Shown piece by piece: positions 8,397 through 18,085 of a DNA stretch of 44,727 nucleotides (positions are counted from its first letter, which is position 1; each line of letters starts with the position of its first letter). The notes under the pieces were generated by a model. The model saw nothing but the letters and a program-made list of their open reading frames with translations. It did not search any database and had not been told where the DNA came from. This DNA comes from a virus. Taxonomy: Duplodnaviria > Caudoviricetes. The stretch covers positions 1-44,727 of IMG/VR virus record IMGVR_UViG_3300036773_000092; one strand, 5' to 3'. The position numbers and the translations under genes were made by a program.

Positions 8397-8966
8397 ATGA
8401 GTGATCTACAGAGAATGAACATGGCAGTACGCCTGAGTGACGTGATCTCCCAGATCGAGTCAGGCAATCGGCTTGACGCGATGAGGTTTGAGTCCGTCGA
8501 CTTCGAAGCTTGGATGAATGACAGCGCCATGGAGCAGACTTACCAGGAGCGCGTCCAGCATGCGAACGACATGCACGCTCCATGCACCCAGAACACTGCC
8601 GCGATGATCTGCTTCACCAGTTGGGGTGCCTTCCAGATCATGGGTTTTAACTTATACAACAAAGCCCTGGGGCTGATCCCAAAGAGTGTGACCGTCGGCA
8701 AGTATCTGAACGACTACAACACCCAACGGATCGCCTTCACTCGGTTTGTGTCTGCCGGGCGTTTCAAGGAGGAGACCTTCGACTTCAATGACCGAGCTGA
8801 AGTCCTCAGGTTCGCCCACTACTACAACGGGCCTGCCAACGCAGACAAGTACGCCGACCTAATGCGATCCATCTATACTGGGCTTCGCAGCAAGATCGCA
8901 CCAACACCTCCACCAACACAGCCTCCTGCTTCTACACCTACACCTACTGCAGCCAAGACTGTTTGA
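8397..8966 (+). CDS. Endolysin, N-acetylmuramidase (DUF3380-like lysozyme fold)
   Basis: Catalytic IES, TSWGAFQIMGFN, FAHYYNGP; P/T-rich tail. ATG 8397 chosen for its GAAGGG SD; the ORF is open from 8343. Confidence 0.85.
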   Translation: MSDLQRMNMAVRLSDVISQIESGNRLDAMRFESVDFEAWMNDSAMEQTYQERVQHANDMHAPCTQNTAAMICFTSWGAFQIMGFNLYNKALGLIPKSVTVGKYLNDYNTQRIAFTRFVSAGRFKEETFDFNDRAEVLRFAHYYNGPANADKYADLMRSIYTGLRSKIAPTPPPTQPPASTPTPTAAKTV

Positions 8967-8975
8967 TCCGTTAGG

Positions 8976-11648
8976 ATGTCGGTGCTAGCTGGTCCATCAC
9001 CGCTTCACGAGAGCTGCCTTGCGCCTTGTAAAGCGTGTCCATATGGTGGACCCAAATGTGGGTCACGGGGAGACCCTAAATCCCCCGTCGTGATTGTTGG
9101 CGAAGCCCCCGGGCAGGAGGAATTAAAATCCAAATGGCCTCTAACAGGTCCAAGCGGCCAAGTTTTCTGGCGAACCCTCCCACCGGACTTGAAGGGTACG
9201 GAATGGGATGGAAACTTAGACCGTGTCTATATCCTGAACTCCATGCAGTGCAGGCCTCCTCAGCAGAAGGAAACCCAAAAGAATCAATTGATGGTAGCAC
9301 GAGGAGCTCTGGCTTGCAACGCACGCCTGATGGAGCAAGTGCGAGCGCATCCCAGACAGCTAGTCATAGCTATGGGCAACTCAGCCTTGAGGTCGTTGAC
9401 TGGCAACAGTGGTTACAAGATCACCCAAGTGAGGGGGCAACTGTTACCTTTCGACGGGGCATCAGTTGGATTATTACCGATGGTCCACCCAGCCGCGCTT
9501 TTGCGTGGTACGGGAAACTATAGGCAGTTTCGGGAAGACCTGAAGTATGCTTGGCATCTGGTTCGTGGGGGCTCGCCTAAGGCACCTATCACTCCCAAAT
9601 GGTATGTTGCTGAGACGACACAGCATGTTGAAATGTTTACGTCCCTCCTGAAGGACCAACCATACATCGCAGCAGACGTTGAGACCGGAGGATTCAATCC
9701 ATTAACCGACGAGATGCTGGCCATTGGCTTGTGTGCAGATCCCAGAGAGGTCTTCATTATCCCTGAGCATCTGGTAGCTTTCCTAGGGCCCCTGATGGCT
9801 GACAAAGGCCCGAAGTTCATCTGGCACAATGGCAAGTTCGACATGAAGTTTGTCCGGAGGGACATCTCTCCGGAAGCTCGCGTTGACGAGGACACTATGC
9901 TCCTCAGCTATACGCTGGATGAGCTTGGAGGCATCCATGACCTTGAGCAAGTAGGAGGCGACTACATCGGTGCACCTGACTACAAGCACATGCTTAAGCC
10001 ATACCTCCCCAATCGCAAGACGAGCTATCGAGTCATTCCCAAGCCTGTACTGTATAAGTACCTTGCTCTCGATACCAGCAATACCAGACAGATCTTTGAC
10101 CCTCTGATGGGGCAAGTGGATAACGATCCTAACCTGCACAAGCTCTATTCGCAGGTCCTGCTAAGGAGTGGGCATTTCCTCTATAAGGTGGAAAGAACAG
10201 GGATCCTAGTTCACCGAGGGAACGTCAAGAGGCAGCGCGCGAGATTAGAACGAGAAATCGCGGTCTCTTTGAGTGCCATCCAAGGGGTAGCTAAATCTTA
10301 CGGGCACCCTAATGATGTGAATCCGAACTCGACTTATCAGCTAGCTGAGCTCCTCTTTGACACCCTAAAGATGCCACCTGAGAAGGTTGGGAGTAGGTCT
10401 ACGAGGAAGGAGGTCCTTGAAAGACTCCCTAAGCATCCGGTCATCAAGGCATTGCAGGAGTTCCGCAAGGCATCCAAGGCCCTGAGCACCTACATCACCT
10501 CGCTTGAGAGGAACATCAACATAGATGGCAGAGTCCACGCTACCTTCCTCATACACGGCACCAGAACCGGCCGCTTGTCGTCTCGAAATCCTAACATGCA
10601 GAATATCCCACGAGACAGGCGCTTGCGAGGGATGTACGTGGCTGCTCCAGGTATGGTCTTCGTCAAAGTGGACCTTAACCAGGCCGAGCTTAGGTCTCTC
10701 GCCTGTCTGTCTGGAGACGATTTCCTGCTGGAGATCTATCAGCCAGGTGGAAAAAGATCCCTGCATAAGGAAACTGCTGGAGACTTTTTCGGAGCCTCCT
10801 GGGACGAAGAGCAGCTGATGCGGGCTAAGGCCGTGAACTTTGGAATTGTATATGGCCGTGAAGCTCCCTCACTTGCCGAAGAGTTTCAGATCCCTACGGA
10901 GGAGGCTCAACGCTGGATTGACATCTGGTTCAAGAGATCGCCGAAGGCGAAGCAGTTCATCGACAAATGCCGCGATGCTCCTTTGAAAGGTCAGACCCTA
11001 ATCACGCCTTTCGGAAGGAAGAAGAGACACTGGCTGGTCACTAGGGAGAATCACAAAGCCCTGCAGAATGAGGCAAGTAACTTCCCACACCAGTCAATAG
11101 CCTCCGAGATATGCTGTCTAGGAGCTGCTGATGCTGCTGACATCCTCGAACCCTACGGCATCTATCCGGTCAACATCGTGCATGACGAGGTTATGTTCGA
11201 GTGTCCTGACGTCCCTGAGATCATCGCCTGGTGTCAGTGGGTGATCGTGCAGTGCCTACAAAGGGTAGGTCCGAAATGGGGTCTGACGGCGATACCATTC
11301 AAGGCTGAGCCTTCCGTAGGCAAGAGATGGTCTATATACCGCAAAGGAAAGGAGTTCGAATACCCCTATGAACCCACCACTACCACTGCAGCTGCAGCTC
11401 GTGACAGCGACAACGATGACGCAGGCTGGTTCATACCCAGTGCCCGCACTCTATATGCAATGGCCTCTCGAGTACAGGACCTTCGTCTACTGGAAGGTCA
11501 GCAGAGGAAGGCTGCATCCGGAGGGCGATCGCCAGACGACAACGCAGAGCCTATCGAGGTTACGTATGGTGCTGATGGGGCTGCCACCGACGATGACTTT
11601 ATATGGGCTCCTCCACAACCTTCTGAACTCGATGACCGAGACCTCTGA
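8976..11648 (+). CDS. polA: Family A DNA polymerase with N-terminal uracil-DNA glycosylase (family 4-like) and 3'-5' exonuclease domains
   Basis: UDG: CKACP, GEAPG, HPAALLR. Exonuclease: DVET, HNGKFD, YLALD. Polymerase: TGRLSSRNPNMQNIP, DLNQAELR, AKAVNFGIVYG, VHDE. Confidence 0.95.
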   Translation: MSVLAGPSPLHESCLAPCKACPYGGPKCGSRGDPKSPVVIVGEAPGQEELKSKWPLTGPSGQVFWRTLPPDLKGTEWDGNLDRVYILNSMQCRPPQQKETQKNQLMVARGALACNARLMEQVRAHPRQLVIAMGNSALRSLTGNSGYKITQVRGQLLPFDGASVGLLPMVHPAALLRGTGNYRQFREDLKYAWHLVRGGSPKAPITPKWYVAETTQHVEMFTSLLKDQPYIAADVETGGFNPLTDEMLAIGLCADPREVFIIPEHLVAFLGPLMADKGPKFIWHNGKFDMKFVRRDISPEARVDEDTMLLSYTLDELGGIHDLEQVGGDYIGAPDYKHMLKPYLPNRKTSYRVIPKPVLYKYLALDTSNTRQIFDPLMGQVDNDPNLHKLYSQVLLRSGHFLYKVERTGILVHRGNVKRQRARLEREIAVSLSAIQGVAKSYGHPNDVNPNSTYQLAELLFDTLKMPPEKVGSRSTRKEVLERLPKHPVIKALQEFRKASKALSTYITSLERNINIDGRVHATFLIHGTRTGRLSSRNPNMQNIPRDRRLRGMYVAAPGMVFVKVDLNQAELRSLACLSGDDFLLEIYQPGGKRSLHKETAGDFFGASWDEEQLMRAKAVNFGIVYGREAPSLAEEFQIPTEEAQRWIDIWFKRSPKAKQFIDKCRDAPLKGQTLITPFGRKKRHWLVTRENHKALQNEASNFPHQSIASEICCLGAADAADILEPYGIYPVNIVHDEVMFECPDVPEIIAWCQWVIVQCLQRVGPKWGLTAIPFKAEPSVGKRWSIYRKGKEFEYPYEPTTTTAAAARDSDNDDAGWFIPSARTLYAMASRVQDLRLLEGQQRKAASGGRSPDDNAEPIEVTYGADGAATDDDFIWAPPQPSELDDRDL

Positions 11649-11698
11649 CTCTGACACCGACTGCTGACCCTGACACTGGACACCGAAAGGACACTACA

Positions 11699-12013
11699 AT
11701 GGACCCCAACGTTCTCGACCCGACTTCTATGATGGGCGCTGACATGAACATGGATCTGCCCACCGAGTGCTGTGCCCTATGCAGGCACGCCGCTTACGTC
11801 AAACCTGATGGGCAGAAGATCGACTTCAGCGTCAGGGAGTGTCACGAATCTTCACCTCACATGCAGTTCTTCCTGGTCCCCGTTATGCAGCCTGACGGCC
11901 GCCCTTCAGGCAATTTCAACATCATGGAACAGTCCGGCTGGCCGAAGGTCAGGAGGGCCGAGAAGTGCTCCAGGTTCTCCCACGTGAAAGTCGCCAAGGA
12001 GGACATCAACTGA
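11699..12013 (+). CDS. Cys-rich hypothetical protein (possible metal binder)
   Basis: CCALCRH...ECH...WPKV...KC pattern; SD AAAGGA. Confidence 0.7.
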   Translation: MDPNVLDPTSMMGADMNMDLPTECCALCRHAAYVKPDGQKIDFSVRECHESSPHMQFFLVPVMQPDGRPSGNFNIMEQSGWPKVRRAEKCSRFSHVKVAKEDIN

Positions 12014-12014
12014 C

Positions 12015-12392
12015 ATGGGTGCAAACCTGATCAGCTCGTTCGGAGACTCTTCTCATGCCTGCGAGAATTGTATTGAGCCGGGCCATTGCTGCCGTGATTT
12101 CCCTCTGATGAGTGATATTGTGAACTCAGGCAAGACAAGACTGGAGGTGATGGTTGTCTTAGCCTCTTATTCCTATCACTCACCCAACAGAGCGCGGGTA
12201 TTCATTGGCTTTCCTTTCATACCTAGCTATCCGGATGAGAAGCTAGGATACTGGAGGTTCAACTGCATCAATCTCCTACCGTCGGGCAGGTGTGGTGACT
12301 ACGAAAACCGGCCGTACGGGCCCTGTGTGATGTTTCAGCCTTTGACCGACTATCTGTGCATAATGACCTGCCCTGAGAGACCAAAAGGCTAG
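12015..12392 (+). CDS. YkgJ/CxxCxxCC-family Zn/Fe-chelating protein
   Basis: CENCIEPGHCC...CINL...GRCGDYENRP..PC pattern; SD AAGGAGG. Confidence 0.75.
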   Translation: MGANLISSFGDSSHACENCIEPGHCCRDFPLMSDIVNSGKTRLEVMVVLASYSYHSPNRARVFIGFPFIPSYPDEKLGYWRFNCINLLPSGRCGDYENRPYGPCVMFQPLTDYLCIMTCPERPKG

Positions 12393-12395
12393 GAA

Positions 12396-12430
12396 GTCTG
12401 TCTGTCTGTCTGTCATGTCATGTCATGTCA
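12396..12430. repeat. Compound microsatellite (TCTG)4 + (TGTCA)4 at the junction of the convergent arms
   Basis: gtctgtctgtctgtctgtcatgtcatgtcatgtca read directly from the sequence. Confidence 0.9.
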
Positions 12431-13526
12431 GCTTGTCTTCCAGTTCCTTGACACGCTTGCGGAGGCTCTGTAGCTCGGCCCATATCACAGGGACGAGCGC
12501 AGAGTGATCCAGCTGCTGAGGTTTGATTTCGCCCTTCTTCGAGAGGACGGTTCGTATCTTAGTAGCAGGCTCAACATAGACGAGGTCTTCCTGGTGGACT
12601 TCATCTTTATATCCTGTGACAGCCCATGGTATATGAACCTGTACCTCATGTGCTAGGAACATAGGCTTGAAGTCGCCTGGAGTGGTCTTGAAATAGCCTT
12701 CATGCACAGGTATACTGTCGATGATGCTGTGAGGGTCGAACCTGCTCAGCACCACCTTCAGGCGATAGTCGGAAGTCGTGTTGAAGGCAACGCTTGTGCT
12801 TGTAGGTGACGAGATCGATCCTGCAGATGCCCCGTTGACCAGGAACCCCATGTGGAAGGAGGAAGTATTCGATAGGTTGGTGACTACTGCGGTTGCGGCT
12901 ACAGCACCGCTCTGGTTCAGCCTCAGTCCCGTGTTGCCTGCTGTGAAAGCTACTGTGCTCTGCCCAACACCGGTCAGAGTAACTGCAGTACCGTTGAGAG
13001 GGCCAGTAGCGAATATTCCGGAGGAGGTGAAAAGCTGCCCAATGTTGTCGAAGTGAGCAAGCTCAACAGCACCGTTCTGGCTTATGAACCTGAGAAGGCC
13101 GCCGCCTGAATTGAAGATCAGGGTGTTGCTGCTAGCATCGCAGGGGATGTACGCACTTCTTGAAGTGCCTCCAGTATCCTTCACCTGGATGATGGTACTG
13201 TTGTTCAGAGCAGCAACGACTCCTGTGGTAGCCCCGAACGTCAGAGTCCCCGTGACTATGGGGGATGGAAGAGACAGCGTTCCGCTGGAATCATCGACGG
13301 TGAAGAGAGTAAGCCATGCCGTGTCAGCCTCATTCCGCTTCTTGATCTGGTTGTTGGTTGAGTCGTACCACAACATGTTGGCCGTGCTGGTCAGACCTGT
13401 CGAGGTCACGGTTGGCGCCGTGCCTGAGGCTGATAGCGTTGCCAGGGCTTGACTGATCAGGTTGATCTGCTGGTTGTTAGCAAGGCCAGAGACTATCCCT
13501 GAGGTTGCGACTGTTAAGGAGGCCAT
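12423..13526 (-). CDS. Tail fibre/spike with C-terminal intramolecular chaperone (peptidase S74-like)
   Basis: TTSDYRLK autocleavage motif, FLAHEVQ...P.AV.G.KD, LDHSALVP plus coiled coil; last gene of the tail operon. Confidence 0.85.
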   Translation of the reverse strand: MASLTVATSGIVSGLANNQQINLISQALATLSASGTAPTVTSTGLTSTANMLWYDSTNNQIKKRNEADTAWLTLFTVDDSSGTLSLPSPIVTGTLTFGATTGVVAALNNSTIIQVKDTGGTSRSAYIPCDASSNTLIFNSGGGLLRFISQNGAVELAHFDNIGQLFTSSGIFATGPLNGTAVTLTGVGQSTVAFTAGNTGLRLNQSGAVAATAVVTNLSNTSSFHMGFLVNGASAGSISSPTSTSVAFNTTSDYRLKVVLSRFDPHSIIDSIPVHEGYFKTTPGDFKPMFLAHEVQVHIPWAVTGYKDEVHQEDLVYVEPATKIRTVLSKKGEIKPQQLDHSALVPVIWAELQSLRKRVKELEDKLT

Positions 13527-13530
13527 GACC

Positions 13531-16500
13531 TTAGTACCCCTGGAACTCGATGTTGATATTGCGTGCTACTTGCGTACCGCCATTGAAGACCCTGACAATG
13601 CACGACGACAGATTCAGGGATGTAACTACAACAATGTCGCCGCTGGTGGCATTGATGATCGAAGCACGCCACAAAGGAATAGACGAACCCGCTGCTCCTC
13701 CATTGAAGGGCGCTGTTGCTTTGCCGTCAGGCCTGAACAGGAGAGTCTGGCCTCCAGCCGCGCTGGTGATGCTCTGGTTGTTGAAGTGATCGATCCTGTC
13801 AGGGACGTCCACACTGATCTTGAACTGGAGTAGCACAGCCTGGACCTGCACATCACTCGACTGCATGATCATCAAGAACTGGAATCTCTGCCCCACGTAC
13901 ACACCAGCCTGGAAGCGTCTGTAAGACCCCATCAAAACAGAATCGCCTACAGCAACCATCGGATAGATTGTGGTAGCTGCCGTTGAGAGGTAACTGAGGA
14001 CGTCCGAATAGCCTAACCAATCAACGACTGATAGGATGTCCTGCGTTGCGTTGAGTCCTTGGCCTTGCCACGTGATATTGATGTTGCAGGGGGCAATATA
14101 ACCTAGGTCAATGTAATGGCTTGTTGGCACACCGTAGACCTCCGGAGTCAAGGTCCCAACGTCGGTGATGATGTCGCTGCCTACGATCGAGAGGCCTGAC
14201 GAAAGTGTTCCGGGCCAGCCCAGAGCTGCCTCATCCCAAGTGACTACGACATTGTCCACGATAGTACCTCCGGCAACTATCACTTCAGGAGGATTCACGC
14301 TGTAGATCTTCACACCACCAGGACTCAGGACGTACACACCAATCCAGTAGTTGTCATCACCCTGCACCTGAATTCTGGGGACCAGCTGCTGCTTGACAAC
14401 CTGTCCGCCAATCCAGCTTGGGCCTTTGCGGATCTCGTAATAGACTGGTCTGTCGTCTGCCGGTGGGATCCAATCAATCTCCGTCAGGTTCCCGATAAAC
14501 ATGGTTGTCACATTTGTGACGTCATCAGGAGGATTCATGAAACTAGAGCCAGTAATGCTGTACCTATAAGGGATAACATCGGACAGCTGCTGCTTGCCCC
14601 CACCAAACTGGTTCACAGACAGGAACTTGAGCCAGACAGTCTGCCCGATTCTATCAGGTGTATATGGCACTCTCATCAATCCATTGCCATCCAACCTGAC
14701 GAACTTGGTATTGGGATTGTGCAGGCTTACGGGGGACTTGTACAGACCACGCTGTAGCCCTGTCAGGTTGTAGACTCCTGTCGAGATCAGAGTAGCTGTC
14801 TGATAGGCAATGAACTCGCCATCCAGATAGCAGGCTGTATTCCCGTTCTGCAAATCCAGTAGTGAACCTGAGATAAGCTGGTTGTCTGCTGGGTGCGATG
14901 AGATGTCGACTCCCAGAGTGTTGGTGTTATCAATGATGGGGCCAGCAGTGGTAGGTGTGAAGACAGGGAGGCCGCTTGGGGAGATCCCCATGCGAGCACC
15001 CCCTTGGATGTTAGGCCCCTCAATGTAGGAGTTGCCATCGTTGGAGACCCACACAGTACAGCCGCCCCAGTCAGTGGGCCCGTTGACAGTTATCCAAATC
15101 TCGGGCGTCCTAGCCATCACGTGCGTAGGCTCGAAGATCGTCACATCGTTGACGTTGGGAGCCATAGCATTGAAGTTCAGGTTGAATCCCGAAGATGGCT
15201 GAACGAAGTACACAGGGATGGTTGATGCATCATTCAGGTAGTCTTCACATAGCATGTTCAGAGAACCATCAGGGTTCTCAGTGATCTCCTTAACCAGAAC
15301 TGGGGTGTTTAAGAGGCCGAGATTGGTGTCCGTCAGCTCAATCAAGTCCATGGGGTCAAGGAGGATGTACCGCTCATCGACTGTGATTGAATATAGGTTG
15401 GCTACCTGCTGCCTTCTCAGCAGAAGCTGGGCAGACACATTAGCTGACTGGGCATCCTGGAAGAAGTGATACTGCTTGGTGTCTGAGGGTCTAAAGCCGA
15501 ACTGGGTGATCTCAGAATCATCCATGACCTCAGCTACCGCTGGGTTATAGAAGTTCGACCGGTCGAGGTACTCGATTATGATGTCGTTCAGGACTGAAGA
15601 GCGCGCCTTGCGCGTGATGATTACCGGATCAACAGTGATGTGGGATCCCGAGCTTATGGCTCCCTGGTTCTCCATGAAGTCGTCGTCAGTGAAGGAATAG
15701 ATAGGAGTTGACGGAGGTGTGTAAGTCCCTACACCTGAAGAGACTACCCCACAGTCTCCGTACGGGACAATGTTGAGGATGCCTCCCGACCAGACGAACT
15801 CGGAGTTGGTAGCTTCAATCAGGGTTTGAAAGTATGTGTTTGCGGGAGTTCTTGTTGAAATAGTATCGCTGCACCACATATGCGCCCCAGCAGTCATGAC
15901 GGCATATGGAGTCCAGTCGGCTAGGAATGCAGGAGGAAAGCCAATCCCATGGGTAGGAGAGGTTAGGATATCAAACATGATCACATTGGGAGGGACACTT
16001 ATCCCATCGATAGCCGATCCACTCAGCAGGGCGTTGACCTCGAACGTCCAGTTAGGTAGGACAGCACTCGTACCCAGATCCAGATTGTTGCCCACAACAT
16101 ACATGATGCCGCGATAGGCTAGTGCTTGTGTGGGGTGTAATGAGGTGACTACGGACCAAGGAGTCTGTGCATAGTCCCCAGGGAAGTACCCCATGTTGAG
16201 GGATGCTAAGGAATCTACGTTGAGAGTGTTCTCGGCCTGCTGAGTCCCCTGAACCCACACATCGATGACGGATCCTGGGCCTTCACATAAGCCCATGATA
16301 GCGTTGGCTGAGTATAGGAAACTACCTGCGCTGCCTGATTTACTGGAGCCTCCGCCCCCCTTGCCTCCTCCCTTCCCTCCTTTGCCTCCGCTCTGGCGAG
16401 GAGCTGGTCTGGATATGAAGTCGTTGTACCACATGAGGTTGTATGAAATACGCACCCTGCCATAGGCTAAGGGTATAGGCTTGCCTTGAAGGCTTGACTG

Positions 16501-16572
16501 CACACGTAAGGCAGACAGAGGCAGATTCGGTGTGTTAACCGTAGATGAGCCACCCCCGAATAAACCTCCCAT
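13531..16572 (-). CDS. Tail tip / host-specificity protein (GTA megatron/Phage-tail_3-like)
   Basis: GKPIPLAYGRVRI, MGLCEGP, AYRGIMY, LPNWTFEV, LDPMDLI, FN3-like C-terminal part; follows NlpC/P60. Confidence 0.88.
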   Translation of the reverse strand: MGGLFGGGSSTVNTPNLPLSALRVQSSLQGKPIPLAYGRVRISYNLMWYNDFISRPAPRQSGGKGGKGGGKGGGGSSKSGSAGSFLYSANAIMGLCEGPGSVIDVWVQGTQQAENTLNVDSLASLNMGYFPGDYAQTPWSVVTSLHPTQALAYRGIMYVVGNNLDLGTSAVLPNWTFEVNALLSGSAIDGISVPPNVIMFDILTSPTHGIGFPPAFLADWTPYAVMTAGAHMWCSDTISTRTPANTYFQTLIEATNSEFVWSGGILNIVPYGDCGVVSSGVGTYTPPSTPIYSFTDDDFMENQGAISSGSHITVDPVIITRKARSSVLNDIIIEYLDRSNFYNPAVAEVMDDSEITQFGFRPSDTKQYHFFQDAQSANVSAQLLLRRQQVANLYSITVDERYILLDPMDLIELTDTNLGLLNTPVLVKEITENPDGSLNMLCEDYLNDASTIPVYFVQPSSGFNLNFNAMAPNVNDVTIFEPTHVMARTPEIWITVNGPTDWGGCTVWVSNDGNSYIEGPNIQGGARMGISPSGLPVFTPTTAGPIIDNTNTLGVDISSHPADNQLISGSLLDLQNGNTACYLDGEFIAYQTATLISTGVYNLTGLQRGLYKSPVSLHNPNTKFVRLDGNGLMRVPYTPDRIGQTVWLKFLSVNQFGGGKQQLSDVIPYRYSITGSSFMNPPDDVTNVTTMFIGNLTEIDWIPPADDRPVYYEIRKGPSWIGGQVVKQQLVPRIQVQGDDNYWIGVYVLSPGGVKIYSVNPPEVIVAGGTIVDNVVVTWDEAALGWPGTLSSGLSIVGSDIITDVGTLTPEVYGVPTSHYIDLGYIAPCNINITWQGQGLNATQDILSVVDWLGYSDVLSYLSTAATTIYPMVAVGDSVLMGSYRRFQAGVYVGQRFQFLMIMQSSDVQVQAVLLQFKISVDVPDRIDHFNNQSITSAAGGQTLLFRPDGKATAPFNGGAAGSSIPLWRASIINATSGDIVVVTSLNLSSCIVRVFNGGTQVARNINIEFQGY

Positions 16573-17105
16573 CAGATAGCATCCTCGTCTGCCGGACGTA
16601 TGATCCTGGAGGGACGATCCTTACGCCATAGGGTGTAGGCCCTGCAAGGACGATGCCCTAGCTGTCCAATGTTCACCTGACCCTGAACGACCATCCTTGA
16701 CTGCATCTCTGAATGGACTATGTAAGGCCATCCAGGCGGGATGACGATTCCTCCATGACCGAACGCACGGCCGTACTTCCAGAGGACTATGTCACCTGGC
16801 CGGACCTCCTCTATGGGGATCTCCACAGACCACTGCAGGACGTATCCAATATACTTTTCCTGGCTACGATGCAAGTGCCAGTCAGGAGGGTAAAACTCCA
16901 GTTCGATGCGAGGGACAAGTCTTGCCCTGTGGTATACTTCTGTCAGCAGGGTAGCACAGTCACAGCCCCCATTAGGCCCCTTGACGCGGGCCATATGATG
17001 GTATGGAGTCCGCACCCACGAGTTGACCTCGCGGACTACCCTCAGTCTCTCGATGCGTTCTTGCGGGTCAGGCATCTCAGCCTTGAAGTCTTCTATCCAG
17101 CTCAT
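16572..17105 (-). CDS. NlpC/P60 family tail-associated peptidase
   Basis: WVRTPYHHMARVKG..GCDC, PGDIVLW, HGGI, IVHS. Confidence 0.9.
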   Translation of the reverse strand: MSWIEDFKAEMPDPQERIERLRVVREVNSWVRTPYHHMARVKGPNGGCDCATLLTEVYHRARLVPRIELEFYPPDWHLHRSQEKYIGYVLQWSVEIPIEEVRPGDIVLWKYGRAFGHGGIVIPPGWPYIVHSEMQSRMVVQGQVNIGQLGHRPCRAYTLWRKDRPSRIIRPADEDAI

Positions 17106-18085
17106 AGCGCTGTCTCCGGTGAGGGGATGAACGGTTCACCTCCGAAGTTAAGGATATTGCCGAAAGCATTGCAGGCTGTCGTAGACTTGTCACATCCGGG
17201 ATAGACCGTAGCAGTGTCACCAGCCGAAGGGAGGAAGACCAGGGGAGAGACTAGAGCTGCCTGATCACTCCCGGCGATGACGTTAGCTGCATAGGCTCTG
17301 ATCCCTCGGGAGAAGCCGTTGTTCACACCGCTTGTGAATACTACCCTCCCTAGAGCCAGAGTTCCTGATCCTGGTACGGCTATGTGAGGGAATTGGATTG
17401 CATTCCTGTTGAACCCGTTGAGGGTGATGTTCGTTGCAAACGATGCAGCAGACAACTGACATCCGGCATCGAATAGCTGGTGCCTGCATTGAGCCTGAAA
17501 GAGGTTGACAGGAATCTGCGTGTTGAGGAGGTCCAGAAGGGAGTTGACAGTGATGCTAGCGAATGTCCTGCCAACGTCTACCTCTGCGATCTTGCCTACG
17601 AACAATCTGATGCAGGCTGCAGGTGTTATAGCCTTGCCGGGTATTATCGGGACATTCGGATCGAGGTAGGCTCTATCAACGAACACGGTCGCGCCATCCA
17701 GGAAGCCTCCTGCAGCAGCTGATAGCCAGGGGAGGCTCCCTATCTTGTCTGGGAATGCTGCTCCAGTCAAATCGTCTGTCAGCCTGGGGTATAATGAGAA
17801 TTGCCAGGTGTCTACGTCCAGCCCGACCTTAGCATGGTACAGTCCTGACTCTGAAGCTGAACTGCCTGTCTGAGGATCATTAACCCTGACAGTATTGGAC
17901 GACCAGGTCCCGATGCCTGGGACAGTGATGTCCTGTTGGCAGTCGGTGTAGGCTAGACCAAATCCTCCAACTAGGGCGATGCTGTAAATGGTGTATCTGG
18001 AAATAGTCCTGTAGGTGGGGCTAGCAGGAGCTAACAGGATGCTATTCAGAATCCCTGGGGTGCTTTCATAGAACGGGACCTTCAT
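17102..18085 (-). CDS. Baseplate hub protein (DUF2163/BR0599-like)
   Basis: GFLDGA, QAQCRHQLFDAGC, PGCDKS...C..FGN..NFGGEPFIP. Confidence 0.9.
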   Translation of the reverse strand: MKVPFYESTPGILNSILLAPASPTYRTISRYTIYSIALVGGFGLAYTDCQQDITVPGIGTWSSNTVRVNDPQTGSSASESGLYHAKVGLDVDTWQFSLYPRLTDDLTGAAFPDKIGSLPWLSAAAGGFLDGATVFVDRAYLDPNVPIIPGKAITPAACIRLFVGKIAEVDVGRTFASITVNSLLDLLNTQIPVNLFQAQCRHQLFDAGCQLSAASFATNITLNGFNRNAIQFPHIAVPGSGTLALGRVVFTSGVNNGFSRGIRAYAANVIAGSDQAALVSPLVFLPSAGDTATVYPGCDKSTTACNAFGNILNFGGEPFIPSPETAL

